Source: a phage. From it: DNA of 51,987 nt. The stretch lies in sequence record PZ715803.1. The stretch is one strand, 5' to 3'. Shown here piece after piece: positions 18,672 to 28,430 of this stretch. The notes under the pieces are model-generated. The model was not told the DNA's origin, ran no database searches, and was given only the letters and a program-made list of their open reading frames with translations. The translations under genes were made by a program, and so were the position numbers. Each line of letters begins with the position of its first letter. Positions within the stretch are counted from its first letter, which is position 1.

Positions 18672-19787
18672 TTATTTCAGTTTCTCAAAACGAGCGTTAG
18701 GATTCAGCTTAGAACCTGCGTCATCCTGCTTTTCATTCGCGAAAGAGTCACCTTTAATGCTCTTACGCTGCGCCGCCATTTTATCAGAGTTTTTGGCGAT
18801 GTCGAAAGCTGTTTCGATATAGGCATCAGTTTTATCGGAAACGTCATTGCCCATGACTTCTTTGATGTATGCAACCTTGATTGCTTTCGCATCCAGACCG
18901 TCGCACTTGATGCCTAACTCTTTAGCGTCTGCCACTAATTTAGCATATTGCTCGGCATCTTCTTTGGCCTTCTTGACTGCGGCATCAATCTGATCCTGAA
19001 TGCCATCTACTTTGGATTGCAGCGCATCGCGCTCAGCTTCCAAGCTGTCCGCCTTTTCTTTCTGTGCTTTGGCATCAGCTTTCAGTGATTCAATGTGATC
19101 CGCAACTGCTTTCGGAACATCAAATTCTACAGCGCCATCCAGTTTAATTTTTACAGTCATGATTTGATCCTCTTTGTTGTTAATAACTTCGTCACTATAC
19201 GGAAAATCTTGCTGACTATCAAGGTTTAATTTTGCGATACCAGCACGGCCTCTGAAAACTAACGCGATGTGGTTTACCTTGATTTCAGTCTGGATTGCAT
19301 CAAACTTAACCCAATCAGGAGAATCAGGTTTCCAGTCTTCGCTAACATCCTCATCGAAAACGTACTCACCAGTTTTATTATTGCCCCAGCCTGGTTTATC
19401 AATATCAACCGATGTATAACCAACCGAAATTTCCGCCGTATCTCGCTTCTTCGCGCTTTCGATTGCTCGTTTTGAGTAAATGCTTAACGGAACCTCTACG
19501 CCGATCCCGTTCGGCACGCCAGCGCCAGCACAAGAACCAACCACAACCTTTTCGGCGTTTTCTGGCGTTACCGTGACGTGACCAACCGTGACTGGCTTCC
19601 CTGCGAAGGTGGCGAGCGAGTCGGCCTTGAATACTTCGGACGCAGGACGAAATTCTCGGCGCTCACCGAAAGGAGTCTGATAGACTTGTAAACCAATTCG
19701 CGCCACGATAGGGCGATCAACTAAAAACCCGTTATCATCAAAGTGCGCCTTTACTTTGGCGCTATCAAATCTTTGTTTTGCCTTCAT
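18672..19787 (-). CDS. Scaffolding / prohead core protein with coiled-coil C-terminal half
   Basis: 371 aa; coiled-coil segment (KADAKAQKEKADSLEAERDALQ...); position between morphogenesis and head genes. Confidence 0.5.
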   Translation of the reverse strand: MKAKQRFDSAKVKAHFDDNGFLVDRPIVARIGLQVYQTPFGERREFRPASEVFKADSLATFAGKPVTVGHVTVTPENAEKVVVGSCAGAGVPNGIGVEVPLSIYSKRAIESAKKRDTAEISVGYTSVDIDKPGWGNNKTGEYVFDEDVSEDWKPDSPDWVKFDAIQTEIKVNHIALVFRGRAGIAKLNLDSQQDFPYSDEVINNKEDQIMTVKIKLDGAVEFDVPKAVADHIESLKADAKAQKEKADSLEAERDALQSKVDGIQDQIDAAVKKAKEDAEQYAKLVADAKELGIKCDGLDAKAIKVAYIKEVMGNDVSDKTDAYIETAFDIAKNSDKMAAQRKSIKGDSFANEKQDDAGSKLNPNARFEKLK

Positions 19788-19797
19788 TTAACACCTC

Positions 19798-20553
19798 TTA
19801 ACTGTTCCAATCTGGTATGGCCCAACAGCGACAACCGAAAGGCTCACCAGGAAAATCATGTTCAGAATCTAGCGCAATGCGCTTACCCTCCCATTGTACA
19901 TGCTGCAATCGCTCTCTGTCATCAAGCATACCATGCCAAAAATAATGAGTTACTTTTGCATCATAAAGACGCTGGCGCATGAGTCTACTATTCCAAGCGC
20001 CTATGATATTTTCAGCCCTTGTCTTACCCCAAGAGCTATACACTGCAAATCTCTTACCAGCCAATTCATTAACCTGACTATCTCTCATTCCGCGAAAGTT
20101 TGCCGATCTAATATTGGTTGACCAGTCAGACACGATGTTTCCAAATAGTTTTTGAAGCGATGCGATCGTCATGTCATGCCATTGACCGTATAGAGTCCTA
20201 TACCAACTCTCATTCGCATTGGCCCCAATAGCCATAAGGATGATAACGGCTGAATTTGACTTGCCTCCCGTTGATTTCGCTACGTTAATAAATTGCTTTG
20301 CGTTGAATTTATAAACAGCAAGGCCGATAGCCGGAAGTGATGCGGCGATGCCAGCTATTAGCTTTAACGCGAAGCTACTAATCTCATCCTCTGCGGCGTT
20401 GATTTCTTCGGTGTCCGCGTCAAATTTCATTTCCTTTGTTTTGCTGCGCATCAGCACAACAAGATCCCTTATCGCCTCCTGAATTGAGCGGCGCAATTGC
20501 CGCTCGCTTGCTTCAGGAAAGCGCCATTGTTTAACGACGCCTTTCACTATCAT
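19798..20553 (-). CDS. Head morphogenesis protein (Mu F / SPP1 gp7-like)
   Basis: 251 aa immediately after portal with overlapping start/stop. Confidence 0.7.
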   Translation of the reverse strand: MIVKGVVKQWRFPEASERQLRRSIQEAIRDLVVLMRSKTKEMKFDADTEEINAAEDEISSFALKLIAGIAASLPAIGLAVYKFNAKQFINVAKSTGGKSNSAVIILMAIGANANESWYRTLYGQWHDMTIASLQKLFGNIVSDWSTNIRSANFRGMRDSQVNELAGKRFAVYSSWGKTRAENIIGAWNSRLMRQRLYDAKVTHYFWHGMLDDRERLQHVQWEGKRIALDSEHDFPGEPFGCRCWAIPDWNS

Positions 20554-21842
20554 TGATTGCTACCCTCGGTTGTTCCTGGCTCCGGCTCTACGTCCTGCTC
20601 AGGTAATTTAATGTTATTGCCGTCCTTTAGTTTAACGTTAGGCGCAATGGCTCGCAATGTGTCGCGCGCCTCCTCTGTATCCATGAATTGACCGTCAATG
20701 GCCTTGCTCAAAGAATCAATATTCTTGTTCAAGATCTCGGCTTGGTCCTTTTCGCTGGGAACGCTTAACGGCGCAAACTGAATACTCCATTCTTGCTCTT
20801 GAATCAGGAACGGGATCAGAAATTCAAGGATTGGTTTGTATTCTTCCTTTCGCTTTCGGTCGATCAGCTTGTAGAAGGTTTCAAGCGCCGTGTTTTGGCT
20901 CGCGCTAACACCGCCAACGTTCTTGTTTTTGAGGATGATTTCATGGATGCCGGAAAGAGATACAATGCGATCCATCTTCTTTTCCAGGAATGAATCGACG
21001 CCGGAAATATCAGAATTTAAAACATCATATTCCTCATCTTCCGCATCAATGCCGATCGCACGGCCCACGCCACCCTCATCATCAACTTGAGCAAGGCGCA
21101 AACGTGCGGCGTTAACACCATCATCATCATCACAAAGATCGGCAAGTCCTTTAGCTTTCCATACTGCCTGTTGCTTACGTCGCAACAATTGAGTTGCTAA
21201 GTTTTCGCAGTAGTTGTAATCACAAATAGCCTCAACCAATCGCTTATTCAGGATTGACTCACCCCACCCATCATTTGATTGACGTCGCTGATTTGGTAGC
21301 CGCTCACCGTCGATAATACAGACTCGCGAATAGTGAACCTGGTATTCTGGCAGGTCAGCACCAGGTGTAATAGTGTAAATCAATGGCTCACCATATCGCA
21401 CCTTGCGCGGATTAGTTTCTCGCTTTTCTACGCGAACCTGAAAGCGATCGTAAACGCGAACATCTTCAAGGATTGCACCAGGCGCTACAGGTGACTTTAA
21501 TGCCCTGCCATCCTGAACGATTGCCACGATTGCAGCGCCACCAAAAAGACGCGACCAGCAAAGCGCATCAATGATTTTATCGTTTAGTCGCTTCTCATCC
21601 CACAAAGATCTAAAACTCTCCTCATCTTCCACGCCATCAATATTAAATCCAGGTGTCACCATTTCTTCTGGAACAACGTCGATGATTCGTTTCGCTAGGC
21701 CGTCGCGAATGTAAAAATCAGCGTGCGTGGTGTATTCGAACCCTTGCATAAAGAAAGGCAACTCCACACGCCCATTGCCCTTGCTACCCTTGAAAATCTC
21801 GTTGTATCCATCGGCCTTAACTAGCCTTGTTTTTTCGCTCAT
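20550..21842 (-). CDS. Portal protein
   Basis: 430 aa downstream of TerL; ATG 21842 with GGAG RBS. Confidence 0.85.
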   Translation of the reverse strand: MSEKTRLVKADGYNEIFKGSKGNGRVELPFFMQGFEYTTHADFYIRDGLAKRIIDVVPEEMVTPGFNIDGVEDEESFRSLWDEKRLNDKIIDALCWSRLFGGAAIVAIVQDGRALKSPVAPGAILEDVRVYDRFQVRVEKRETNPRKVRYGEPLIYTITPGADLPEYQVHYSRVCIIDGERLPNQRRQSNDGWGESILNKRLVEAICDYNYCENLATQLLRRKQQAVWKAKGLADLCDDDDGVNAARLRLAQVDDEGGVGRAIGIDAEDEEYDVLNSDISGVDSFLEKKMDRIVSLSGIHEIILKNKNVGGVSASQNTALETFYKLIDRKRKEEYKPILEFLIPFLIQEQEWSIQFAPLSVPSEKDQAEILNKNIDSLSKAIDGQFMDTEEARDTLRAIAPNVKLKDGNNIKLPEQDVEPEPGTTEGSNQ

Positions 21843-21863
21843 AGTCAAATCTCCATAATAAAA

Positions 21864-21885
21864 AAGGCTGGAAAAATCCAGCCTT
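21864..21885 (-). terminator. Hairpin AAGGCTGGAAAAATCCAGCCTT plus T-run between TerL and portal
   Basis: Perfect stem followed by TTTTTTATTAT on minus strand. Confidence 0.55.
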
Positions 21886-21912
21886 GATTATATAACTTTT
21901 TAGCAATTAGTG

Positions 21913-23481
21913 CTATTTATTGCGTAGACCTGCCAGCTTTTTCATCCTTGCTACCGGATCATCTGCCAAATTCATTTCGACGTTAACAGCATCAACTATA
22001 TTATCGACAATATCATCATGGGGATGAGAATCATCAAAAGTGAATGCTGCAACCTCTGCCAGTATCTCAGGCAGCATGGGATGATTTTCTGGCAGTGCCA
22101 CACGTCCGGCCCTCATTACTGGCGCGGCGTCCATTGCTCGCGTCACCTTGTCATTGCTTCGCTGAACGGGATTTATATCAATCGGGATCTTCTTTTTGGC
22201 CCCCTGAATCAAACCCGTGCCGCTGGCCTTATCCTCAATGTGGATACGTCGCAAGCTGCCACACTCCTTATTGCGCTTCCAGCACTGGTTAACGAAGGCA
22301 ATAAAATTTAATTCAAGATCCGGCGCTTCCCACTTTCCGCGAATGCCATCAATGAAGTAAACGCGATTCTTATACATCCCCCAATAACAAAAAACCGAAT
22401 AGTCGTTAAGCTCTCCGGCCTTCTGCGCGGTATCTCCAGTAATAAATGTGTATTCAAAGCGATCCGGTTTTGGTAGTGCGCACTTTTCGCCGCTGCCGTA
22501 ATACTGGAACCACTCTGTTTTAAACACGTTCCCGCCAAGCGCGATTGGTTGCTGTTGGTATTGGCTGGCGAACGTGTAAGGATCTGCATTGCGCAATGCA
22601 AGCAACTCCTCCGCGCTTTCCTTCGCAGGCCAAAATGAATAATGAGCGACGCCATCTATCATCACTGGCTTACTTGACAGCACATCACGATCAAATTCAG
22701 GCTTCAACCAATCAGGAAGCGTTTCGCGGTATTCTTTCGTAACCAGCGCCGGAATGCTCACGACTTTAAACTCAATACCACCCATCCCGCCATTAAGCAT
22801 GAACCAGGTGGAATCATTAACGTGTAGTCGCTGTTGCACCATAACAATTGGCGTGGTGTCTTTCATTCGACGCGATCGCACTGTGTTTTTTAACCTCATG
22901 TGAATAGCCTCGCGCTTGACCTTAGAAAGCATATCATCCGGCTTGTCTGGATCGTCAAGAACCAGCATACCAGTAAAACCATCATCCATATAGCCGCCAC
23001 GCAAACCTGTTACCTGGCCGCCAATAGAACGTGAGTTGACTTGCAATTTAACCTTGCCGCCTTCGGTGACTATCAGATCTTTAGCGCTCGCCTTTGCCAG
23101 TTTTCCAGGCCATAGCTCTTGCCACTCAGGAGAACCGATAATCTCCTTTATCCGGTTGCTGTTTTGCTGGACAAGGCCATCACTAAACGAAAGGTTAAGG
23201 TTTCTCACTTTCCGGCTTTTCAATGACGCGTAGGGTGACATGTGGATCGAGAAAATCTCAGTCTTGCCGCTACCTGGCGTAATGTTGAAAATCACATTCT
23301 GCGACTCTCCATTGATGATCTTCTCTACCTCACTGCACAATAAGCTAAAATGCCAGTTGCTCTGGAATTTTTGCCCCTGCAATAATTGGAACCAGATTCT
23401 GATCATCTTTTCGAATGAATGCTCACTGATTTCTTTAATGGCTCGCTTTTGCGCCGCCGTCAAATCTTCCCATATGATCAT
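21913..23481 (-). CDS. Terminase large subunit
   Basis: 522 aa; ATPase Walker A (TPGSGKTE) and Walker B-like VLDDPD; start overlaps TerS stop. Confidence 0.9.
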   Translation of the reverse strand: MIIWEDLTAAQKRAIKEISEHSFEKMIRIWFQLLQGQKFQSNWHFSLLCSEVEKIINGESQNVIFNITPGSGKTEIFSIHMSPYASLKSRKVRNLNLSFSDGLVQQNSNRIKEIIGSPEWQELWPGKLAKASAKDLIVTEGGKVKLQVNSRSIGGQVTGLRGGYMDDGFTGMLVLDDPDKPDDMLSKVKREAIHMRLKNTVRSRRMKDTTPIVMVQQRLHVNDSTWFMLNGGMGGIEFKVVSIPALVTKEYRETLPDWLKPEFDRDVLSSKPVMIDGVAHYSFWPAKESAEELLALRNADPYTFASQYQQQPIALGGNVFKTEWFQYYGSGEKCALPKPDRFEYTFITGDTAQKAGELNDYSVFCYWGMYKNRVYFIDGIRGKWEAPDLELNFIAFVNQCWKRNKECGSLRRIHIEDKASGTGLIQGAKKKIPIDINPVQRSNDKVTRAMDAAPVMRAGRVALPENHPMLPEILAEVAAFTFDDSHPHDDIVDNIVDAVNVEMNLADDPVARMKKLAGLRNK

Positions 23482-24008
23482 TAAAGTTGCTCCAGAATAT
23501 CAATCACAGCCTCTTTCACCTCATCGGCAGTTACTGCGTCAATGCTTGCATTAGCTGCCGCGCTCGCTTCAACGCTCACTGTTGCTGGCTTCTCTACTCC
23601 GATCTCTTTACCGATAAATCCAGCGTTAATCATGTTATTTGCCGCAAGCTGGAATTTTTGCTCGTAAATTACTTTATCAACAAACTCCATCACATCGCAG
23701 AATCCAGGCTCTTTACGCCATTTGCTTACGGCAGCCTCAGTCACGCCGAGATACAAGCTGAATCCGTTAACCGTGAAAACGCGAGGCTTGTAAACTCTGC
23801 TCTCGTACACGTCACCCTGAAAGGAAGCAGTTTCAGCCGCCTGGATGTGATTCTCTTCGGCCCAAGTGAAATAGCGGATCGCCATATCAAAAACCTGTTC
23901 CGGCGTGTACTTGTGGCGGTTATTTAGCGTGACAATATCGCCATAAGTTTTATTGTATAACTCTTTGAAATTTAATGCCTTTACAGCAGGCTCAACATTT
24001 TTAGCCAT
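23481..24008 (-). CDS. Terminase small subunit
   Basis: 175 aa directly upstream of TerL; ATG 24008 with AGGAGG RBS. Confidence 0.6.
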   Translation of the reverse strand: MAKNVEPAVKALNFKELYNKTYGDIVTLNNRHKYTPEQVFDMAIRYFTWAEENHIQAAETASFQGDVYESRVYKPRVFTVNGFSLYLGVTEAAVSKWRKEPGFCDVMEFVDKVIYEQKFQLAANNMINAGFIGKEIGVEKPATVSVEASAAANASIDAVTADEVKEAVIDILEQL

Positions 24009-24036
24009 TATTAATCCTCCTTTGGTTAGATGCCTG

Positions 24037-24045
24037 ATTATACCA
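24037..24045 (-). promoter_or_regulatory. Extended -10 promoter element (TGgTATAAT) upstream of terS
   Basis: Consensus TATAAT preceded by TG at -15/-14, about 25 bp upstream of terS start, just downstream of a hairpin. Confidence 0.35.
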
Positions 24046-24061
24046 GACAACGGGCAATAAA

Positions 24062-24080
24062 AAACCCGCCGTGCGGCGGG
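24062..24080 (-). terminator. Hairpin ACCCGCCGCACGGCGGGT plus T6 separating early genes from the packaging operon
   Basis: Inverted repeat with T-run on minus strand. Confidence 0.55.
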
Positions 24081-24086
24081 TAATTT

Positions 24087-24311
24087 TTAAGCTGTATATT
24101 TTACTTTTCCATCTTTGGCTCGAATGGAATTTAGGATCTTGCTGCCGATCATCAGGTATTGACCACGGACAAGCCATTTCTTTTGTTTTTCGCTCCAGAT
24201 TGCAGAAGCGTACCAGCCTTTATTAATAACGAACTTATAAGCAAAGCGCATGACAACGGAAAAGATAATGATAGCCATGATAAAACCAATGCAGAAAGAT
24301 AATGCGCTCAT
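24087..24311 (-). CDS. Small membrane protein
   Basis: 74 aa with N-terminal hydrophobic helix. Confidence 0.55.
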   Translation of the reverse strand: MSALSFCIGFIMAIIIFSVVMRFAYKFVINKGWYASAIWSEKQKKWLVRGQYLMIGSKILNSIRAKDGKVKYTA

Positions 24312-24475
24312 TGTAAAGCCCTCACAAGGTTAATTGAAAATTGATGTGTTTCAGGATTAGCGCCCGATTGCTCTTTTGCTTTTGCTACTGCTTCCAGTTC
24401 ATCAAGAGCATCAACTACGCATTCATATTCCTGTTTGCATGATTGGCAATTACGCCCCATTCGCCGGATCGTCAT
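24308..24475 (-). CDS. Small Cys-containing protein (start uncertain)
   Basis: ORF overlapping the 24450..24683 gene in another frame; CxxC pair. Confidence 0.3.
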   Translation of the reverse strand: MTIRRMGRNCQSCKQEYECVVDALDELEAVAKAKEQSGANPETHQFSINLVRALQ

Positions 24476-24683
24476 CTTCACTTTGTAATTCATCAGCGAC
24501 AACCTCACGCTTAATGCTGGTAATGTTGTGAATCGGGTAAGCAACATTTCCAATAGAAATGCAAGTTTCGTCACCGTCTAGCTGATCCTCTGTAACTTCT
24601 ACTGTAAAGCTGTTAACAAAGCTATTGTAGAAAGGATGAATAACGGTATCACGGAAAGAAACGGTTAATTTGTATTTGATCAT
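24450..24683 (-). CDS. Hypothetical protein
   Basis: 77 aa, GGAG RBS. Confidence 0.6.
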   Translation of the reverse strand: MIKYKLTVSFRDTVIHPFYNSFVNSFTVEVTEDQLDGDETCISIGNVAYPIHNITSIKREVVADELQSEDDDPANGA

Positions 24684-24845
24684 TTTGAATCTCCATTAAA
24701 AAAGGCGATACGTCTTACGGATTATTTTGCATTGCAAAAACCTCCTGCATATCGCCGTTGTTGTGTGACTATCGCGTCACGCGTTCGGACTAAGCCGCTC
24801 TTATGTAAACGACTCCATGCTAACCAATCAGGAAAGAGTTGTCAA

Positions 24846-25076
24846 TCATTCCCTGTCGAAAGCGTTCCCCCAACGTCCACGCAAGTAACCACATAGCCAA
24901 ATGAATTGAGTGATCGTCAACATTGGCGCGATTGGCTGGTAGTGTTCTGCAATGATGCCCTTCATTACTTCATCAACATACTTCCCGCGCTTTTCCACAT
25001 CAGCTTTCATCGCCTCGCCGCACTTTTTAGCCTGGCGTTTAGCTGCGTTGAATTGCGCCTCGTTCATTCCAAACAT
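24846..25076 (-). CDS. Hypothetical protein
   Basis: 76 aa; start overlaps stop of the upstream small ORF. Confidence 0.6.
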   Translation of the reverse strand: MFGMNEAQFNAAKRQAKKCGEAMKADVEKRGKYVDEVMKGIIAEHYQPIAPMLTITQFIWLCGYLRGRWGNAFDRE

Positions 25077-25204
25077 TACAGACCTCTACCCTTCCACAAG
25101 TTGTACATTTCGAAATAGTGCATTGCTGTTTCAGTGTCGCCGCGCTCCAATGCTTCCTCTTGCTTCTGTGCGCACCACTGCGACGGTTTTATGTAGTTAT
25201 CCAT
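25076..25204 (-). CDS. Small hypothetical protein (about 41 aa, below ORF-track cutoff)
   Basis: ATG with AAGGTGA RBS; TAATG overlap with downstream gene; fills an otherwise empty gap. Confidence 0.4.
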   Translation of the reverse strand: MDNYIKPSQWCAQKQEEALERGDTETAMHYFEMYNLWKGRGL

Positions 25205-25260
25205 TGAATCACCTTAACTAAAAAATTCATCGTTAGAATGAGATTTATGCGCTCCTATGG

Positions 25261-25584
25261 CTATTCATTTTCGTTAAATTCTCCGCGCATTATGCGCTTG
25301 ATGTTTTCCAGTGAGTTGTGCTTGTACTCGTTCCACTGCTCAGTGGTGAAATTCATGCTCCTGGGAGATCCCAATTCTTCGCTAATTAGATCGTCAATCA
25401 ATTGGCTCACCTCGTCGACAACAAGTTCGTTGGTTTGTTCGATGTTCTCCACGCATTCAAAACCCTGAATGCATCCACCTAAAACCTGTTGACGCTTTTT
25501 AGCCTCATCAAGCGTGTCACAAATTGCGCGACGCTCCTGCTTGTTTTCGTTAGTTCCGATCTTGTAGTAGTGAATGAAAATCAT
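25261..25584 (-). CDS. Hypothetical protein
   Basis: ATG 25584 overlapping upstream stop (ATGA). Confidence 0.55.
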   Translation of the reverse strand: MIFIHYYKIGTNENKQERRAICDTLDEAKKRQQVLGGCIQGFECVENIEQTNELVVDEVSQLIDDLISEELGSPRSMNFTTEQWNEYKHNSLENIKRIMRGEFNENE

Positions 25585-25844
25585 AATCCGCACTCCTCCA
25601 CAGTCTCGTTTTTGCGCTTCCAGTTTTCGACTTGCTGATCTCTGTATCCGTTCTCTCCGAACCAAGCCGCTGTTTCTGCCTGATCAGTGCCAACAGGAAC
25701 AAATGCGTGTTCAAGCTGGTTAAAAACTTCACGCGCCACTGGCTCAGGAATTTTAACAGTTGCCTGGATGCCGTCATCATCTCGCCAGCCAAAGGCCGCT
25801 AACATAATGCGCGCTTGCTGCTCTGACAGGTTAATCGTGATCAT
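25581..25844 (-). CDS. Hypothetical protein
   Basis: ATG 25844 overlapping upstream stop. Confidence 0.6.
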   Translation of the reverse strand: MITINLSEQQARIMLAAFGWRDDDGIQATVKIPEPVAREVFNQLEHAFVPVGTDQAETAAWFGENGYRDQQVENWKRKNETVEECGL

Positions 25845-26053
25845 TCTTCTACTACCTCGCATTCGTCATGGTTAACACTAATATTGTCGCCAGCCTTGAT
25901 AAACTCGCTGTTACGCGGCGCAATAACACAATAAGATCCGTCGCTGAAATGACCGTCAACTTCCAGCACATCACCAACAACCAAACCGCATTGCTCCAGA
26001 GTGATTGAACCGTCTCCGTTGATAGTGTCGATTTTGGTGATTTTGATTTTCAT
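25841..26053 (-). CDS. Hypothetical protein
   Basis: 70 aa; element promoter upstream. Confidence 0.6.
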   Translation of the reverse strand: MKIKITKIDTINGDGSITLEQCGLVVGDVLEVDGHFSDGSYCVIAPRNSEFIKAGDNISVNHDECEVVEE

Positions 26054-26110
26054 TGCGCTTTCCTCTGTTTCGCTTCAATAAGGGCACTTTACCAAATGCC
26101 CTTGCGGAAG

Positions 26111-26129
26111 TTTTAACAAAAAGTGCTAT
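26111..26129 (-). promoter_or_regulatory. 19-bp element copy, then 22 bp, then TAAAGT; promoter module for 25841..26053 and downstream genes
   Basis: Exact consensus on minus strand abutting the stop codon of 26129..26416. Confidence 0.55.
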
Positions 26130-26416
26130 TAGCTCAGATAGTAAAGCTCATCGCGCACAAAATCGTCAAAATCAGATTGCGTTAATGGTCGATCCTCTAA
26201 TGCTGCCTGTTCAATCATTTCAACCAGGGCGCAATCCATATCAAGGTAATGAGCATCAAAATCATACCATGACGCCATTTCACGCGCCCATGAGCGGCAA
26301 TTCTTGAATCCGTAACTGCGGATACAGTTTGCCGTGTGAAATGAGTCATTCCAACCACGCTCAAGCGCTGCCTTTTCGAATGCGTTAATCAACATCTTAC
26401 GATTGCTTTTAGCCAT
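26129..26416 (-). CDS. Hypothetical protein
   Basis: 95 aa; GGAGG RBS. Confidence 0.65.
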   Translation of the reverse strand: MAKSNRKMLINAFEKAALERGWNDSFHTANCIRSYGFKNCRSWAREMASWYDFDAHYLDMDCALVEMIEQAALEDRPLTQSDFDDFVRDELYYLS

Positions 26417-26458
26417 TTTTTCCTCCTTTTAGCGCCACCGAAGCGGCGCGATTAAACA

Positions 26459-26635
26459 TTATTTCTTCCCGGTCAGGATGTAACGCTTGCCGTTTTTAAA
26501 TCCATCGCCGTAGCCGTAACATGCGCCAGCTAGGAAGATAATCATTCCGCCGATTGACTCAACAATGCCGCTATAACCATATGCCAAGTGGGAACCAGCG
26601 ATAAGGGCAATAAAGGTGATAATTACTCTTTTCAT
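26459..26635 (-). CDS. Small membrane protein
   Basis: Hydrophobic, Gly-rich; ATG 26635 overlapping upstream stop. Confidence 0.5.
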   Translation of the reverse strand: MKRVIITFIALIAGSHLAYGYSGIVESIGGMIIFLAGACYGYGDGFKNGKRYILTGKK

Positions 26636-26895
26636 TCGTGATCCCATACGTCGCACTTTTTGACAACCAGCAAACGCAGCTTGTAAGGTCTGAACTTGTG
26701 CAACTTTTTAGCGTATTCGCGCGCTTCGCTGTAGCTATTGAACTCCATAGCCCAAAAGCCGAAAGCATCATCCGTCAGATATTCCCAATCCCCACTAATA
26801 ACGCGGCGGCGTTGCAGATAATAAATCTTGCATTCTGTGCAAGCAACGATCCGGTATTCCGGCTTAAACAGTCGTTTCAATGCGTTAAAAACCAT
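26632..26895 (-). CDS. Hypothetical protein
   Basis: 87 aa. Confidence 0.6.
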   Translation of the reverse strand: MVFNALKRLFKPEYRIVACTECKIYYLQRRRVISGDWEYLTDDAFGFWAMEFNSYSEAREYAKKLHKFRPYKLRLLVVKKCDVWDHE

Positions 26896-26994
26896 AGTAG
26901 CGCCCTCATGCTATAAAGAAAAAGTAGCATTGATAATACCGCAATCATTGCGGAATGAAAATCAAAAGGTGGCTTAGGATTCGTTGCGTTATTG

Positions 26995-27375
26995 TTATTT
27001 CCCAGCATTGCGCGCAATCCTCTTGTATCCATAGTAGAAATCATCGCCTACGCCACGGAATTTTAACGCGTTACGCGCCAGGCGGCGGATTCGACGATTA
27101 TCCAGTTTGCCGTAATTTATCGGTGCTTTAATCGTCTTGATTGGGCAGCCGCGATGATTAGTGATTCGTTTAAGAGTGGCAACAATACCCTCAAGCGCAC
27201 GGATAGCGAATCCGTCGAATCCAAGATCTCTATTGATTAGATAGCCATTGATACCAGGGATTCCGAATCTTTTGCTATCAACCTTAACAATCTGGCCCTT
27301 CTTCATTCCGCTATCTGGAATTGCGTAAGTAACTAAGAATTTAGTGCCGACGCGAATTTTTCTGATGTTAACCAT
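26995..27375 (-). CDS. Hypothetical protein
   Basis: 126 aa, basic. Confidence 0.65.
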   Translation of the reverse strand: MVNIRKIRVGTKFLVTYAIPDSGMKKGQIVKVDSKRFGIPGINGYLINRDLGFDGFAIRALEGIVATLKRITNHRGCPIKTIKAPINYGKLDNRRIRRLARNALKFRGVGDDFYYGYKRIARNAGK

Positions 27376-27445
27376 TGTGATTTCCTCTTGATTGTTGATG
27401 TGAGCATTATAGCGGGGCCGATAACCCCGCGTTTAGCAATTCGTG

Positions 27446-28036
27446 CTATTTAATCTGTGTGTGCTTCCATTTGACAGTATTGACGATCTCGTTTACAGCC
27501 AGCTCCGGCTTGCCGTCCTGCAAGTGGAAATCATAGTGGTGGATTCGATAGTGATAACCGCTCAGGTCAATGTAGTCTCTCGAATCGCCAGCAAACGTGA
27601 AGCCGTCGCGATGCAATCGGCAAATATGCACTTCATGCCCTGCCTTAACCAGCGGCTTGATTTCTTCGGGGAATCCGCCATCACTGATCACAACCGCCAA
27701 ATCTCGGTACATCTCGTGAATCTCTTCAACCATTCGACGCCCGAAATAGTGATCTCCAAAAACTGGCTTCATTACATCCTCGCTAATCCAGATCATGAAT
27801 TGTCGAGGTGACTTGCCGCCTAAGATAACTTGAGGCTTTTCTTTTTGTTCTCGGTCGTTGTACAGGTCCATAAATTCATCGTATCTGTACACGCCCAGCA
27901 TGGAAAACGCAATATCGAACATCGGCTGTTTGAATGACGCCTTAACCGCTGGGTAACGATGGCCCGTTAGGTAAGCTGCAATAGTGTCCTTTCCACAACC
28001 AGGCGGCCCATTAAGGATAATAATGTCTCGCTTCAT
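27446..28036 (-). CDS. P-loop kinase (polynucleotide kinase-like)
   Basis: Walker A GPPGCGKDT at N-terminus; 196 aa. Confidence 0.75.
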   Translation of the reverse strand: MKRDIIILNGPPGCGKDTIAAYLTGHRYPAVKASFKQPMFDIAFSMLGVYRYDEFMDLYNDREQKEKPQVILGGKSPRQFMIWISEDVMKPVFGDHYFGRRMVEEIHEMYRDLAVVISDGGFPEEIKPLVKAGHEVHICRLHRDGFTFAGDSRDYIDLSGYHYRIHHYDFHLQDGKPELAVNEIVNTVKWKHTQIK

Positions 28037-28038
28037 GA

Positions 28039-28230
28039 TTATTCTCCCCTTGCTTTCAACACAGTAATTTCTGTTGTCTCGCTTAAAACCTTGAAATTTC
28101 TATTCTCGCTTTTAATCGTCATATTGACAATCATAACCTGACCGCGCTCTATCATGTCGGCAAGCTCTCTAAGGTGACATGCAGTTTTGGCAATCTCTTC
28201 GCTTTTTTTGTCAAATGGCGGCAATTGCAT
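28039..28230 (-). CDS. Hypothetical protein
   Basis: 63 aa. Confidence 0.55.
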   Translation of the reverse strand: MQLPPFDKKSEEIAKTACHLRELADMIERGQVMIVNMTIKSENRNFKVLSETTEITVLKARGE

Positions 28231-28374
28231 TTAGTTTTCTCCATAGCGTGAGTTGATATTATGCAGCATTTCGCGTCTATGGCGCTTCTTGCGCTGTTTG
28301 TTCACAAACTCCACATGCTCATCGTACCCGCGACGCTTCTTTTTGGTAATGATTTTTTCAAAGTTACGCATCAT
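28231..28374 (-). CDS. Small basic protein (47 aa, below ORF-track cutoff)
   Basis: ATGATG start with AAGGGGG RBS; stop adjacent to next start codon. Confidence 0.4.
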   Translation of the reverse strand: MMRNFEKIITKKKRRGYDEHVEFVNKQRKKRHRREMLHNINSRYGEN

Positions 28375-28430
28375 TTCCCCCCTTAGGTTTTCTCAACATG
28401 GCGCACTGCATGAATGCGCCATAGCAAGAA

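Noticed and set aside
22018-23554. Plus-strand and alternative-frame ORFs within the terminase genes
   Set aside because: Embedded in the well-supported TerL and TerS reading frames on the opposite strand or in other frames.
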